A stretch of 64,000 nt of DNA from Pecten maximus (lineage: Eukaryota), in assembly GCF_902652985.1 (NCBI RefSeq), contig NC_047019.1, positions 19,034,001 through 19,098,000 of the forward strand, in the 5' to 3' direction. The translations under genes were made by a program, and so were the position numbers. Each line of letters opens with the position of its first letter. The first letter of the stretch is position 1. Positions 37,845 to 49,785 of the stretch are shown here, in pieces. The notes below the pieces were generated by a model. It was not told the DNA's origin. It made no database searches and worked only from the letters and a program-made list of their open reading frames with translations.

Positions 37845-38300
37845 TTTTATTACATTTTTACCAGTGAAATATCAAAAATTATTCATTTTATAAAAGTGAT
37901 ATTTTTCACTAGTGAAAAATATCATATTTATCACTAGTGAAAAATATCACTTTTGCTGATTTGACCAATCAAATTAATGATTAGAAAATACCAAAATAAT
38001 TGACCAATCAGAAAGCCCGACATATATCTCAGCACCTGGACAGGGGGAACTACATTTTTTGTTTACAAATGATCGCTGTAGGCCTAGTTAGCATACGGGG
38101 TAGGTTTTTCGTTGATAAAAAATGTAATAAACAGAATATCTAACAGTGTCTTCAGTAATACCAAATATATTTCACTCGTGGGGCTAATATTTAGATATTT
38201 TTCACTCGTGCTGCGCACTCGTGAAAAATATCAAAATATTAGCCCCACTCGTGAAATATATTTGGTATTACTGAAAACACTGTTAGATATCCTCTATATA
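37845..38300. mobile_element. Palindrome-rich non-autonomous element (possibly Crypton-like)
   Basis: ~155-bp near-perfect hairpin at 38136-38290 and smaller palindromes ATATTTTTCACTAGTGAAAAATAT at ~37900-37950. Family assignment is from memory only. Confidence 0.55.
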
Positions 38301-39220
38301 TTTCACGAGTACGAGAGAATATCGTGTTAAGCACGTGTGAAAAATATCTGTATATTCTGTTAAACGAGAGACGCGCATTATCCATTTATCTGCCTCCTGT
38401 GAGAATTATAGGACAATAACTCCTATAGGAAGGCAGTTTTTATGCTAAATATACCTTTTAGTTACCAATACATAATACAAGTACATGTTTATAAAATAAG
38501 GTACTTTTATTTGACTATAGAATTGACACGTTCTATCACGAGAATGTATAATTTATTCATAGTTTGTTCTTTTGTGTAAGTATTCTACGGAAGATTTCGT
38601 GATATCATTTTCATTTAATTGCTTTTTTTGAATCCTTGTGGTTAGCCAAATATCTCACCATGACACTATTGGCGCAAACCATACGATTAAATGGCGATTT
38701 CGTTCGTAACTATCGGCATAAAAAATGTTGCTAATGGCAATTTGACCGACAATACGTCATCGGAAGCAAGAAATGAGAAATCTGTTTGAGGACAATACAC
38801 ACATGAATGTCATCCTAGTTAACATGCCAGTATAGGAAACTTCATTATCATTTGACTCTTATCCGAATTCTTTTGAAGTTAAAATGAAGAGTTCGATGAT
38901 ACAATATGTAATTTGCAAGATCTAATTAATTAAATAAAAAATAAATATACAAAAACGTAAATGCACAGTTGCGATGGACGCATCCAGAATTAGCAAAAAT
39001 TAATACGGATTGAAGTTCAGAATTGAAGTTGATTAGCTTGATAATTAACAACATTGATCATAAGGTGGACACAATAATCGTGATATCATTTTCCAAACAA
39101 ATTTACACTATATTTACACTAAACAACATAATAACGTAACCATAATTCATGCTCATAATCGATTGAACGATGGTAAAATATCACAAATTACAAGGGAGAG
39201 TAAGCGCTTCTGCTTCTTCA

Positions 39221-39420
39221 ACGATACTCTCCATACAAATCTAGGTCACGACGATACTCTCCATACAAATCTAGGTCACGACGACACTCTCCATACAAAT
39301 CTAGGTCACGATGATACTCTCCATAGAAATCTAGGTCAGGACGATAACCTCCATAGAAATATAGGTCACGACAATAACCTCCATACAAATCTAGGTAACG
39401 ACGATACTCTCCATACAAAT
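39221..39420. repeat. 30-bp minisatellite (~6.5 units)
   Basis: ACGATACTCTCCATACAAATCTAGGTCACG repeated. Confidence 0.92.
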
Positions 39421-42400
39421 ATATATGTTTGCGCAAATAAGAAATAGAAAAAATGTCCCTTTTTTTGCATAGCATTAGGAATGTGTGTAACATGAATAAT
39501 GTTTTATGTTAATGTATAAATATGCAATTCCAAAACTAACAAACTTACAAAGTCAAGAGGAGATTACAGACATACGGACCTGCCCATGTATTTTAGCACT
39601 CAACATTTTTCTATTTTTCTGTGTGTGAAATGTTAGCTACACTATACGGTATATCATTTATAAACGGCGGTTTCCTGCTGTAAAACGCAGAGTTATATAC
39701 ATTTTACATTGTTTTGGTGTAATAATTTCATTTTTGCTTCTGATATATGGAATGTCTACGAAAGTGTGAACCTTGAAATAATTGAGATACCAATCGAATC
39801 ATGAAAAACTTAATGTTGCTGGGGCGTAAAGTTATAATGATAATGATAGCCACAGACGTTTCCTGTCGAAGGTATTTATCTAATTTAGCAGGAAGTTTTC
39901 AAAACGCGTCTCCTCTCTGTCGTGACCAAAGTGTTGATATCTGGCACTAAAGCGTCCCCGACATCAATGGTTCCTGTTTTGATATCCTGTTTTATGATCT
40001 GATACAAGTCAGTCCTTACAGCAGGAAACAACTCGAGTCGAAAGGCTAATCTATCAAATAGTCAATTATACTTACTTCTGTAACGTCTTATTATTTTCAG
40101 ATGTGGTGTTGTGTGCCTCACACGTGTATTCTATTTATAGTTATAACGCAATATCTTTACCTGAAGTAACCTGTTATCACTGTGTAGCAATCGTCATGTT
40201 ATCTTCCTCAGATAGGAACCTTTGGATGGGCGCATCTTATGACAAGGATGTTTGCAAAAATTGCCGCAGTATATTTTTCCATTGTTTGTTGGTGACGATT
40301 ATTCTACAGAAACCCCAATAACTATTATTTAATGAAAAGGGAATTAATTGCAAATAAAGAGTAATGTCCCTCTTGACCATGGCTTGGTGATTGTAACATT
40401 CTTACCATGCCATGACCACAATATTCTATAATAATAATAAGGTATCAGTTAAATAGATTGGCAGCAGGTTGATACAAACAGACAAACCAATCTCAAAAAC
40501 TCAAAAAGGTTTAGTCTGAGGGCCACACCGACGGACAGATTGGATGAATGATTTAGTCCTATGATTTATCTGGTAGGGGTATCGTATTATGAGACTATAT
40601 ATTGTATAAATTTTTACTCTAATGGTTCATTTGGCTACTGGTTTGGCTGCTGACTGATAATGAATGACCCTGTTTGTAAATGTTTGACGTACGTAGGTAA
40701 ATGTACGTGAATAGTGACCTGTTACTGAACTGTGACACAGTGTGACTACTTGGTGCCGAAAGCTACATTGTAAAGCCATATTCAAAGGTTTCAGTATTCG
40801 TCTAACTTATTTATATACAGCTAAACACCAAGCTATACTGAATTTCAACTGTTCACGTTTGCCATTGTAACATATTAGGAACACTATTTGTATCCCAAAT
40901 CAGTTCATTATTACATGATAAAAGGCCACATGGTATAGTTGAAATAATTTAACTTACGAATATTTCATACCTCATAAACGGTATACACATATGTGTTATG
41001 CTTATTACGTCACCGAATCTAATATTCGTCTCCAGTCTTTACATTAAAATTCAATTCTAGTGAGTTGACATGAAATACATGTTTCATTAGTTCATTTTAT
41101 TTTGATAATCTAGTTGTATTATTTGTAGAATTTCTTTTTTAATTTTAAACATTTTGAAGGATTAATGTACTTACCGTATCGCTCTATACCTATTTAGAAT
41201 TTTGAAAAATATTCTAGACATTAACTTTCATACTTTTTTATTCTAAAATTAGAATATGACGATATGGTGGTGTAAAATGATTACTTTATTTTCTACATTG
41301 AATGATATGGAAGATATTTAAGAAATGTGTTTCGGTTCAAGTCATTAAAACAACTCTTTGTAATTGAACCTCTATATTAAGGTGACTATTTTTGTTGCCT
41401 TGAGTGGCCTCTATTGACAACTTTATTTTATATATGAAGTATTAGTGCATTTATTTGTAACCGCATATTGCTTCTGAACCAGTGTCATGTATAATACATA
41501 GCTGTTAAATGTTATGGGGCCAATATTTCGCGGTTGTCCGAGTCGGAATTTGTTCGTGGGTATTACATAGATTACGTGTTACACCGACTTGTAAACATTC
41601 AGCAGTAACTACATTCGCTTGATACCTATTTTCGCGCTATAATCAGTGATCTCGAAGAGAGGAAATTAAATTCCCCGCAAATATTACCAAACTATGCAGT
41701 AACTAGTAAAATGATAATGTAGATTTACATTTCAAACCACAGAGGACGAGATAACAATGCAGAACTATAATTATGTGTGTAAACAGTACATAGGGTATCA
41801 TTACCTAGACCTAAGTTTACTTACAAATCATCTTAACATGTACATATAAAGCACACCTATATAGAAACCTGATATATACAGCCTGTTCATTATTATATAC
41901 AACTTACATAAATTCACCTTGGATACAAAAAACGTATGAAACGAAATTACTGCAGTCTGAATATCAAAGTGCTATTTAAGAGGGATTGTAAAGGTGATGT
42001 ATCTATATCCGGTTGATACGTGTTACCCTTGCTGGTGTAATTTTCCCTTCCCATCCTACAGTAACAAGGTCGTACTTATCGCCTTTCCTGTTTCGGGTAT
42101 GTTTACTTGTTTACTTTGACTTTGGTGTTATATCCGGTCTCGTATGACAGTCGATAAACGACTACAGCTACTACCACCTGTAAAATTTATCGTCTATAAT
42201 TTTCTCTTACGGTCGCAAGGTACAAGTTGTAACAAAGGCCCATAAACTTAAACGTTCTTAATTTCTTAATTTGTACTAATTAAGGAGTATTAAATGTATG
42301 ATAAAATAATAGAATAGATGGAATATCCTAACAATGGCTTAATATAAAAATACATGGAAAGCAAATTCTGATAAGGACTTAATCAGACTGGCTCCCTGTC

Positions 42401-45400
42401 TCTAGAATATTAAAATTATAAATAAAATTGACCTCTATGATTTTGGTCACTAGGATATGTTTCAAACTAGGGGGAGATAATCTAGTATTAAAATTTAGTG
42501 GAGAAGTTCTAACAAAAAACTTAGGGGATGGTGGCCAGTCTAGGACTTAATATGAGTTTTATAATTCATACAAATGGGGACATGCAGTACACGCGCGCGC
42601 GTGCCACCACACAAATGATTAAATCGGCTCAATGAGCTTCTTGTGCTAATCGATTAATGTTTAAACCATTATCAAATACAAATTTCACTGAGACTTTGGA
42701 AACTAAAGTAAGAAAACAAAATGTTATTGAAGATGTCAATTAATCAAATAACTACATAGAGTCCAGAGAAAATCTCCCTACTATTTACATGACCCAAGAT
42801 AAAAATAATCATATTAAATTGAAAACTTGTAAAAGTTTAGATGATACTGATTTTCAACAGCAATAGCGATGGTTAGTAAATTGGAACATCTGAGAACAAA
42901 ATCTACAATTTAAAAGGTTTTCGGTAAAGGAAGTATAAAGTAAGCTAATGTAGATTAACACAATTTCTACCGCTATGACGGGATATAGATCATTTAAATC
43001 TCAATATCTTTACTTGAATCTCACAAGTATAGTCAAGTCAAGTATATTGTATGAATTGTGTAAAAAATATAATTGTATTGACTTATATGCAAATACTAAT
43101 ATTTTGTTTATACATGCTGAATGTATACAATATCTTCACCTTATTACATTGTAACAGACTAGTATCTCAATAAAGGATTGGTTGAGATTATACGAAGGTT
43201 ATTGGCACAGCTTGTGTAATGGCCGTGACCACTCCAACGCTTCCGGACTAACTTGTGTATGATTAATTACAGTTTGGTTTGTTATCTTACAGTATTAAAC
43301 TGAAATGGTGAAAACGACTGCCCTGATTTATGTTAATGTATAACATTTTGCCATGTAATCAAACTAAGTAAGTGATTTATACGATTAAAGGAGCATTACT
43401 TCGTTCGCACGTTAGAAACATGCACAATTCCTATTGATGAAATATATGTCCGAACGATGATTATATGAGTGTTTGTACCTACAAGTAATGAAATTAACGG
43501 CGAAATGTACAGGAAAAGGGCGTATACAAATACCGTATGCCTTTGTGGTTATTAATGATACTTCAGGTCGAACTAATAATTTTCCAGACTTAATACTCGA
43601 AGAACTTTAGTTTATCTTGAGAGTCAAACTGCCTTATTAATCCAAAGATTATAACTTTTACTACTTGGAAAAAATACATATTTTCCAAAAAGTTTAATTT
43701 TGACGACCTAAACTAATTCAAACGAAGGAATGCCCCTTTAACACTCCTGTATATCCTTCTATCCAATTCAATCCTTGAGTTTATGTAGGGAATATTTTCG
43801 TTTGTAAAACCTTTTCACACTCACTTACACACGCTTAACGCAACTGTAAACATGTAAAACATTCTGCATTGATCCTCTTTAGTCGTCTTCTACGATCAAC
43901 GAGAAGTTTGGTTCAAGTGGCAGACGTCCCCTAAATAAACTAACTAAGGAAATAAGGAATCACCTTAATCATGCAGTGCGGACCCCGGTTACTCGCCTTT
44001 TAGGACTTGCAATGAAAATACTAATTCACCTAAAGATGTTTGAACATTATTTGCTATTAGTGATCAAGTGTATTCATATCAATATATTACCCTCACAAAA
44101 CAATTGCTCTCGATGAAGTTATAAACATAAACATCCATTCTAATTAAGGTATGATATTCGTTCATTACCTCGTATCTATACTTAATCTACATCTGACCTA
44201 ATGGCGATACGAATCACAGGTCATACATTGCCAATCCTATCCAATTGTCGTGTCACGATTAAACGTTTGCTTTTAACATAATATATCTAATCACTGGTGA
44301 CTGTCATATACTGTCCTGTTAGCGCCTTCTTGATTTGTACATAACTTTCATTTTAATACACTTGTAACATATAGCGGTTAAAACTCATTTGTCCTTTATC
44401 GGAGAATAGTAGGAGAGTCTCGGGACATTATCGGATTATGGCATGGCTAATTATATTTCAGCAGTCTGCCATTATCGCCAATTTTAATAAGCAAACATAA
44501 CCTAAATACTTAAGTAAATAGATTAATTTCACACGAAACCCTTCTCATGCCATCCAGAAGCGCAATATTACATGAGTGTCAATTTGTACAAAGAGCATCT
44601 CAGTACGCTTTATTTTGAGCCATAGCAACTCTTCTATACATATGACCCATCTTGGTTCGACCAGATTTTCATAAAACGTCATGACATATTCTTCACCATG
44701 TACATCCATTACCTGAAATTAAGACTCGAACAATCCCTATTTGAAAATTTACAATGTTCTTGTGCAGTTAGTTGTTTATTTAAATATTTTTGAACTACAA
44801 ATCCAGAGATTTTTATTTCGATATTTTATGCATAGGTATAAAATATAGTACATGTACTAGTGCCAATGCGAGGTAGATTGATGTTTCTTGTCTCGTTTTA
44901 TACCAGTTATAAAGCTGATATGATATATCGTATGTAAAAGAATTCAAAAGCGATTAATTAGTTCTTATCACAAGCGCATGGGAGTATGGGGGTAATTACC
45001 TAAGCATCATTATCAAAGAGTATCATCTTGTTTATATATATTTAAGTGTTTATTCTAAATTATGTAATTTATGAGGAATTTTATTATTCTGTTTAATCTT
45101 TTAATGTAATATTTGTTGTGTCTAATTTTGTTATCATTCTTATATTTGTCTCAATAATAGCTCGCACAAGCTAATGCTCTTTGTTTATAAGTATGCGACG
45201 TGAAATAAAGTTTCTTGCATCTTGTATTTATATCGCAACATCTGATTACATACAATAATATGATATAAAATAAAATTAGTATATATTTGTTTTTATTAAG
45301 CGTTGATTCTTATTTATACAAACTAGGTCATTGCATTTTCATTCTTTTGAAACTAAACACTTTCAATCACTTATATCAAGATAATTAGTGGATGACACGT

Positions 45401-46204
45401 ATTTACGTCATTTGCGGTCATCTCCGCAAGTCCTGGGCGTTATCCTATACATCCTGTCGTCATAACAATAAGATTTATTCAGATATTCTGTATCATGAGT
45501 TTCTTCATTATCGTCATCAGTCAGATGTATTTCTGCAACAGTTTTGAAAATTCCCAACTGACCTTACTTTCACCTTGACCTTGGATAGTTTTAATGTTTG
45601 CGGTTAGTTAATCGATTTTTATTGACGTATTCACGTTGCTAATGACGTAGACACGCAAGGTCGACCTTCACCTTTAGCCGATTTCTGTGGAGTTCTTCAC
45701 CGGTTTGTAACCCCAGGGGGAAAATTTTGTACTACTGACCGTGTCGTTCAGTAGGTTACAGTGCCAAGTGGGCGGGGCTAGGAAATATGATTCAATATCA
45801 TGTACAAATTCAGTCCACGAAGTACTTTATACCTATATGTATCTATCAATTTATTCTTTTGATGATGAGTAATGTTCATTCGACGTCACCAGGTGTTATA
45901 CTGCGGTTACTTTCCACTAGAAACCTCCACGTCAAATCTGATGATGTGAAACGCTACGAAAAATACAGGGCGAGCACAACTCATCAACGTCGGAATCTGG
46001 CACGTTTTCGATTTTATCTTTATACATGGAAAATATTAGTCTCTGGTGGCTAAGTAAATAACGGTTATCAGCGCTATTATCTTGTGTCGTTATATGACGT
46101 TAAGGATTTTATATCACAGCGGCAATATTCACCCAGTATGATTATGTTCACATTTACAATATACGCATTGAAAGTTTAGAAAAATAAAATGATTGAAATA
46201 TGGA

Positions 46205-46430
46205 ATAAAAAATGAAAATAACATTTTTGAGATCATATTGAATATAAAATTAAAGGAAAAGGACATCTTTGAGATCATATTGATTATGAAATTAAAGGAA
46301 TATCTTTTAGGTCATATTGAATGAAAAAATTGAAATACTTTTGAAATCATATTGAATATAAAATGAAAGCAATGTCTGTAAGATCATATTGAATGAGAAA
46401 ATAAAAGGATGTCTTCGAGATCATATTACG
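46205..46430. repeat. Degenerate ~40-bp tandem repeat
   Basis: GATCATATTGAAT..AAATTAAAGGA recurs about 6 times. Confidence 0.75.
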
Positions 46431-47714
46431 GAAAGTATCATACACATTGTTTGTAACAGTTGTTCTGCAAATAATACGTATGTTTTGTTGGTTAAAAGAC
46501 GTTGATATCATTTAAAAACATATTTCGTTCAGTTACGGGTTTTATTTATTTGAAGCGTACATTTTTTCTGACGAACTAACTTCATGGTAAATTTATATAT
46601 TGAAGTATATTGTTTAAAATCCCCATACTGCTTGTCGTAGACGGAGATTCCTACTAGAAGTTTCTTTATTCTTTTCAATATCGTATCGTTTGACTCTATG
46701 TGAACAAATTGAAAACTAAATGATGCAATATTGGATATGAAATGTAGCGATAACTTCCTGCTCGGTGGATGTATATATCGTATAACAGGGCGGTGAGCTG
46801 AACACATATGTTTATGTTGCTGACTATTTTTCACCAAAATATTCAACGACTATCCGATCCATGTGTTTGTATTACTTCCTAACTCGTGTTGGGAGGATCA
46901 AATTGTAACGATCCTCCGTAGTTCCGCTGTCATTAAAGATATAGGCCTATTCGTTTGCAAGAGACTTGTATCAATGCGGAAAATGTGTCCCTTCTAAATA
47001 TTTAATTAACGAAGATAACGTTCTAGATTGTATATCTACATACATACTTAATTATACATGTTTATACGGTTTCAAATTGGTAATTCGGAAAGCCTTTCTT
47101 TTCTAGGTGTGTTTTCATATTTCCTTGTGTAATCCAGTGTATGTCTTTAACGATTATGTAATTACATATGCTCTCTCTTGGTTTGGTCACACATACATTT
47201 CATTATCATTATTTATGTTTGTCGTTTGTGTATTTATCTTTGCCCAGTAAACATATTGTTTATGTAATATGTAACTCGTCAAATTTGGAGGAATAAAACA
47301 GTACTCATAGATTAATGTGCTCTGCTTATAAAATGAAAAATAAAAAAACATTGTATTTGTCATTATTTTCTATTAACATTGACCATATATATTGTTATTA
47401 AAAAACAGATGTGACAGTATATTGCCTACAAAGATATAGTGGATCAATTGCATAGACTATGTTAATACTTTTAAAATTTAACGTGTAGCTTAATTGATAC
47501 CACGGTGTCTTTCTTTAAAAGTAGTGACTAACTGAACACGTGGAACATTTGAGATGATAAGATTAATTTTTTGACTGCATACGTAGTCGGTAATTTCAAT
47601 ATGATTAATGTATCTGTGTCTTTAATTGTCATAGAGATTTAAACACATATACAGGTATATCAACGTCATACAATACAATCTCCCCTGGATAAGAAAGAAT
47701 AACCGGAGAGAGTA

Positions 47715-48182
47715 TAATTGACGTCACGATTACCTGGTTTACTAAACTCCGACTGAAAGTATTACACCACCACTAGCCATATTTCCAGAGTAGAGGTAAA
47801 CAAGACCTCGTGTGTGTATACACATACAGTAACACAAACCAGTACCCGCCACTTCGCCTAGACACTCCACTGTACAACAAAGATTGCGTCGGGTTATTTA
47901 TGTTACCACAAATATTTTCATGTGACTATGGAAGTGACGCGTCACTGAATTTTACAGGGGTAAGGGATTCCCACTTTGGCTCTTAATATAGAATAGAGTC
48001 ATGGCCGGGGAAATTCCCCATGTATGTTAAAAATAGGTTTCGGAACAGTATATATGAGGTCGATAGTGAAAAAATTCTACCACAACCCGAAACGAACTGT
48101 AAACTATAAACATTGGGATGAACCCATAATCCGAAAACGAAGTCATTCAGCTAAAACAGAAAACTGAATAAGGAGCAAAAAG
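47715..48182 (+). promoter_or_regulatory. Putative NF-kB/CRE promoter and non-coding exon 1 of Kelch paralog B
   Basis: TGACGTCA (47719-47726), GGGATTCCC (47964-47972), GGGGAAATTCCCC (48007-48019), TATATAT near 48049, donor AG|GTATGT at 48183, acceptor TTTTACAG| ending at 48501. Confidence 0.65.
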
Positions 48183-48534
48183 GTATGTATTAGTTCTAAC
48201 ATATATTTCTATATAAGAAATTATATTAGATATGTCTACTATTTAACGGGAAATTACACTGTACATAGTAGCGGTAAAACATTGTTTTTAAAGAAAGTGT
48301 TGAAGATTTTGTCAATCTAGTTTCCTTTTGAATAGAGTATCGACTTAAGAACCATATGAGGTGCTGAAGGTTCCTACATCAACTCACTTCAGGCCTAACA
48401 AAATGTTATCTAGTCCTCAACATTATAATGGATATATATATATAGTATGGTGTGAATAGTATCAACTCACAAATTAATATGATGTTTTTGATGTTTTACA
48501 GGAATTATTCATTGACAACGAGAAGAGATATAAT

Positions 48535-49785
48535 ATGACAAACCAGAGGCATACAGACATTGCAGTAGACACTGCTTCCCATTGTTCCAGCGCAGACCAG
48601 CGTCCCCGTGTCATGGCGCGCCAGTATTCCTACCCTGCCAACAGCTCAGACCCTACTGGAGTTTTCAATACTCTCGATGCCAAATCAAGAAATGTCTTAG
48701 CAAATTTCTTCAGAGAAGGGTACTTCACAGATAAAAGTTGCATTAACTCAAACAATGTGGACAAATTTCTAGCAATATCAAGACAACTACATCATAAACA
48801 ACTGCAAACAGAATGTGAAACATTTATTAGAAACAATCGGCTATGTCGTCGCCTGAGTTTGGCGCCAAGACTCGAGAACGAGGCTTCGCGTTATCAGTTA
48901 ATGTTCACCAGAGATGGAACTGACAGAACATCTCTCGGAGTCCACTTGTATGACTGTCGGTGTAATTTCCAGAAGACATGTCGTGTCCCAGAACTCTCCG
49001 GTGTCGGATCAGGTTTTGCAGTTTGTTGTTTACAAGATAATAACTGTGACGCTCCCCATGTGTACGTGTCTGGAGGTGGGAAGTGTTCCGGAGACGTTTA
49101 TCATTGTGATATTGTAATGAACAAAAGGAAGAAGTGTTCAAAAAAACTAGTGAAGGGTAGATCTCGCCACTGTATGACATGTGTTCAGAACAAACTGTAT
49201 GTATTAGGAGGACAGTGTAGCAAAGGGGAAACGATTCGCACGGTGGAGGAATTCACCCCCAAACGCCATTCCTGGAAAACAGTTGGTAATCTGGAAATTG
49301 GTGTTCATAGTGCAACTACTGTAGTTCATGGCAATAATATCTATGTGCTTGGTGGAATACTGGACAATGGCAAGGAAACCGCGGTCGTTCAAATGTTTGA
49401 TCCGAACACAAGATCATGTAAGCTTTTAGCAAGTCTCCCTTTCGCTGTATCAGGGGCACAAGCTGTTGTATTTAAAGAAAAGATCTTTGTCACGTGCGGT
49501 AATGGACGCCTCGTGACGTATGACCCGGCGTCAAGCCAACATGAGGTGTGCACGAACATGCCCGAGTGCTGTAAAAACTTTGCAATGTTCGCGGAAAAAG
49601 AAGGTATCTTCTTTGCTGGTGGAAAAATACGTAATGATGACAATGCTCTTAAAACTGTGTACGTGTATTCGCCCGAGAACTGCACGTGGCATGTAACAGA
49701 CAGAGACCTGTCCTCTCCACTATCTGTATATGGTAACTGCTCAGTAGAAATTCCAGCAGAATACGGACTTGTTCCATTTGGATAA
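48535..49785 (+). CDS. Kelch-repeat protein with truncated (C-terminal half) BTB, paralog B; 416 aa, CDS in a single exon
   Basis: Kelch motifs VYVSGG, LYVLGG..EEFTPKRHSW, IYVLGG..MFDPNTR, IFFAGG..YSPENCTW. Half-BTB LDAKSRNVLANFFREG..INSNNVDKFLAISRQL..LQTECETFI. AATAAA at 50021. Colinear with paralog A. Confidence 0.92.
   Translation: MTNQRHTDIAVDTASHCSSADQRPRVMARQYSYPANSSDPTGVFNTLDAKSRNVLANFFREGYFTDKSCINSNNVDKFLAISRQLHHKQLQTECETFIRNNRLCRRLSLAPRLENEASRYQLMFTRDGTDRTSLGVHLYDCRCNFQKTCRVPELSGVGSGFAVCCLQDNNCDAPHVYVSGGGKCSGDVYHCDIVMNKRKKCSKKLVKGRSRHCMTCVQNKLYVLGGQCSKGETIRTVEEFTPKRHSWKTVGNLEIGVHSATTVVHGNNIYVLGGILDNGKETAVVQMFDPNTRSCKLLASLPFAVSGAQAVVFKEKIFVTCGNGRLVTYDPASSQHEVCTNMPECCKNFAMFAEKEGIFFAGGKIRNDDNALKTVYVYSPENCTWHVTDRDLSSPLSVYGNCSVEIPAEYGLVPFG

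Noticed and set aside
39163-39493. His/Asp-rich and Arg/Asp/Tyr-rich repeat ORFs
   Set aside because: Products of the 30-bp minisatellite.
44980-45225. Possible LINE 3' tail (stem-loop, AATAAA, TCTTG repeats); similar at ~47230-47340 and ~50170-50460
   Set aside because: Too degenerate to support a call without a repeat library.
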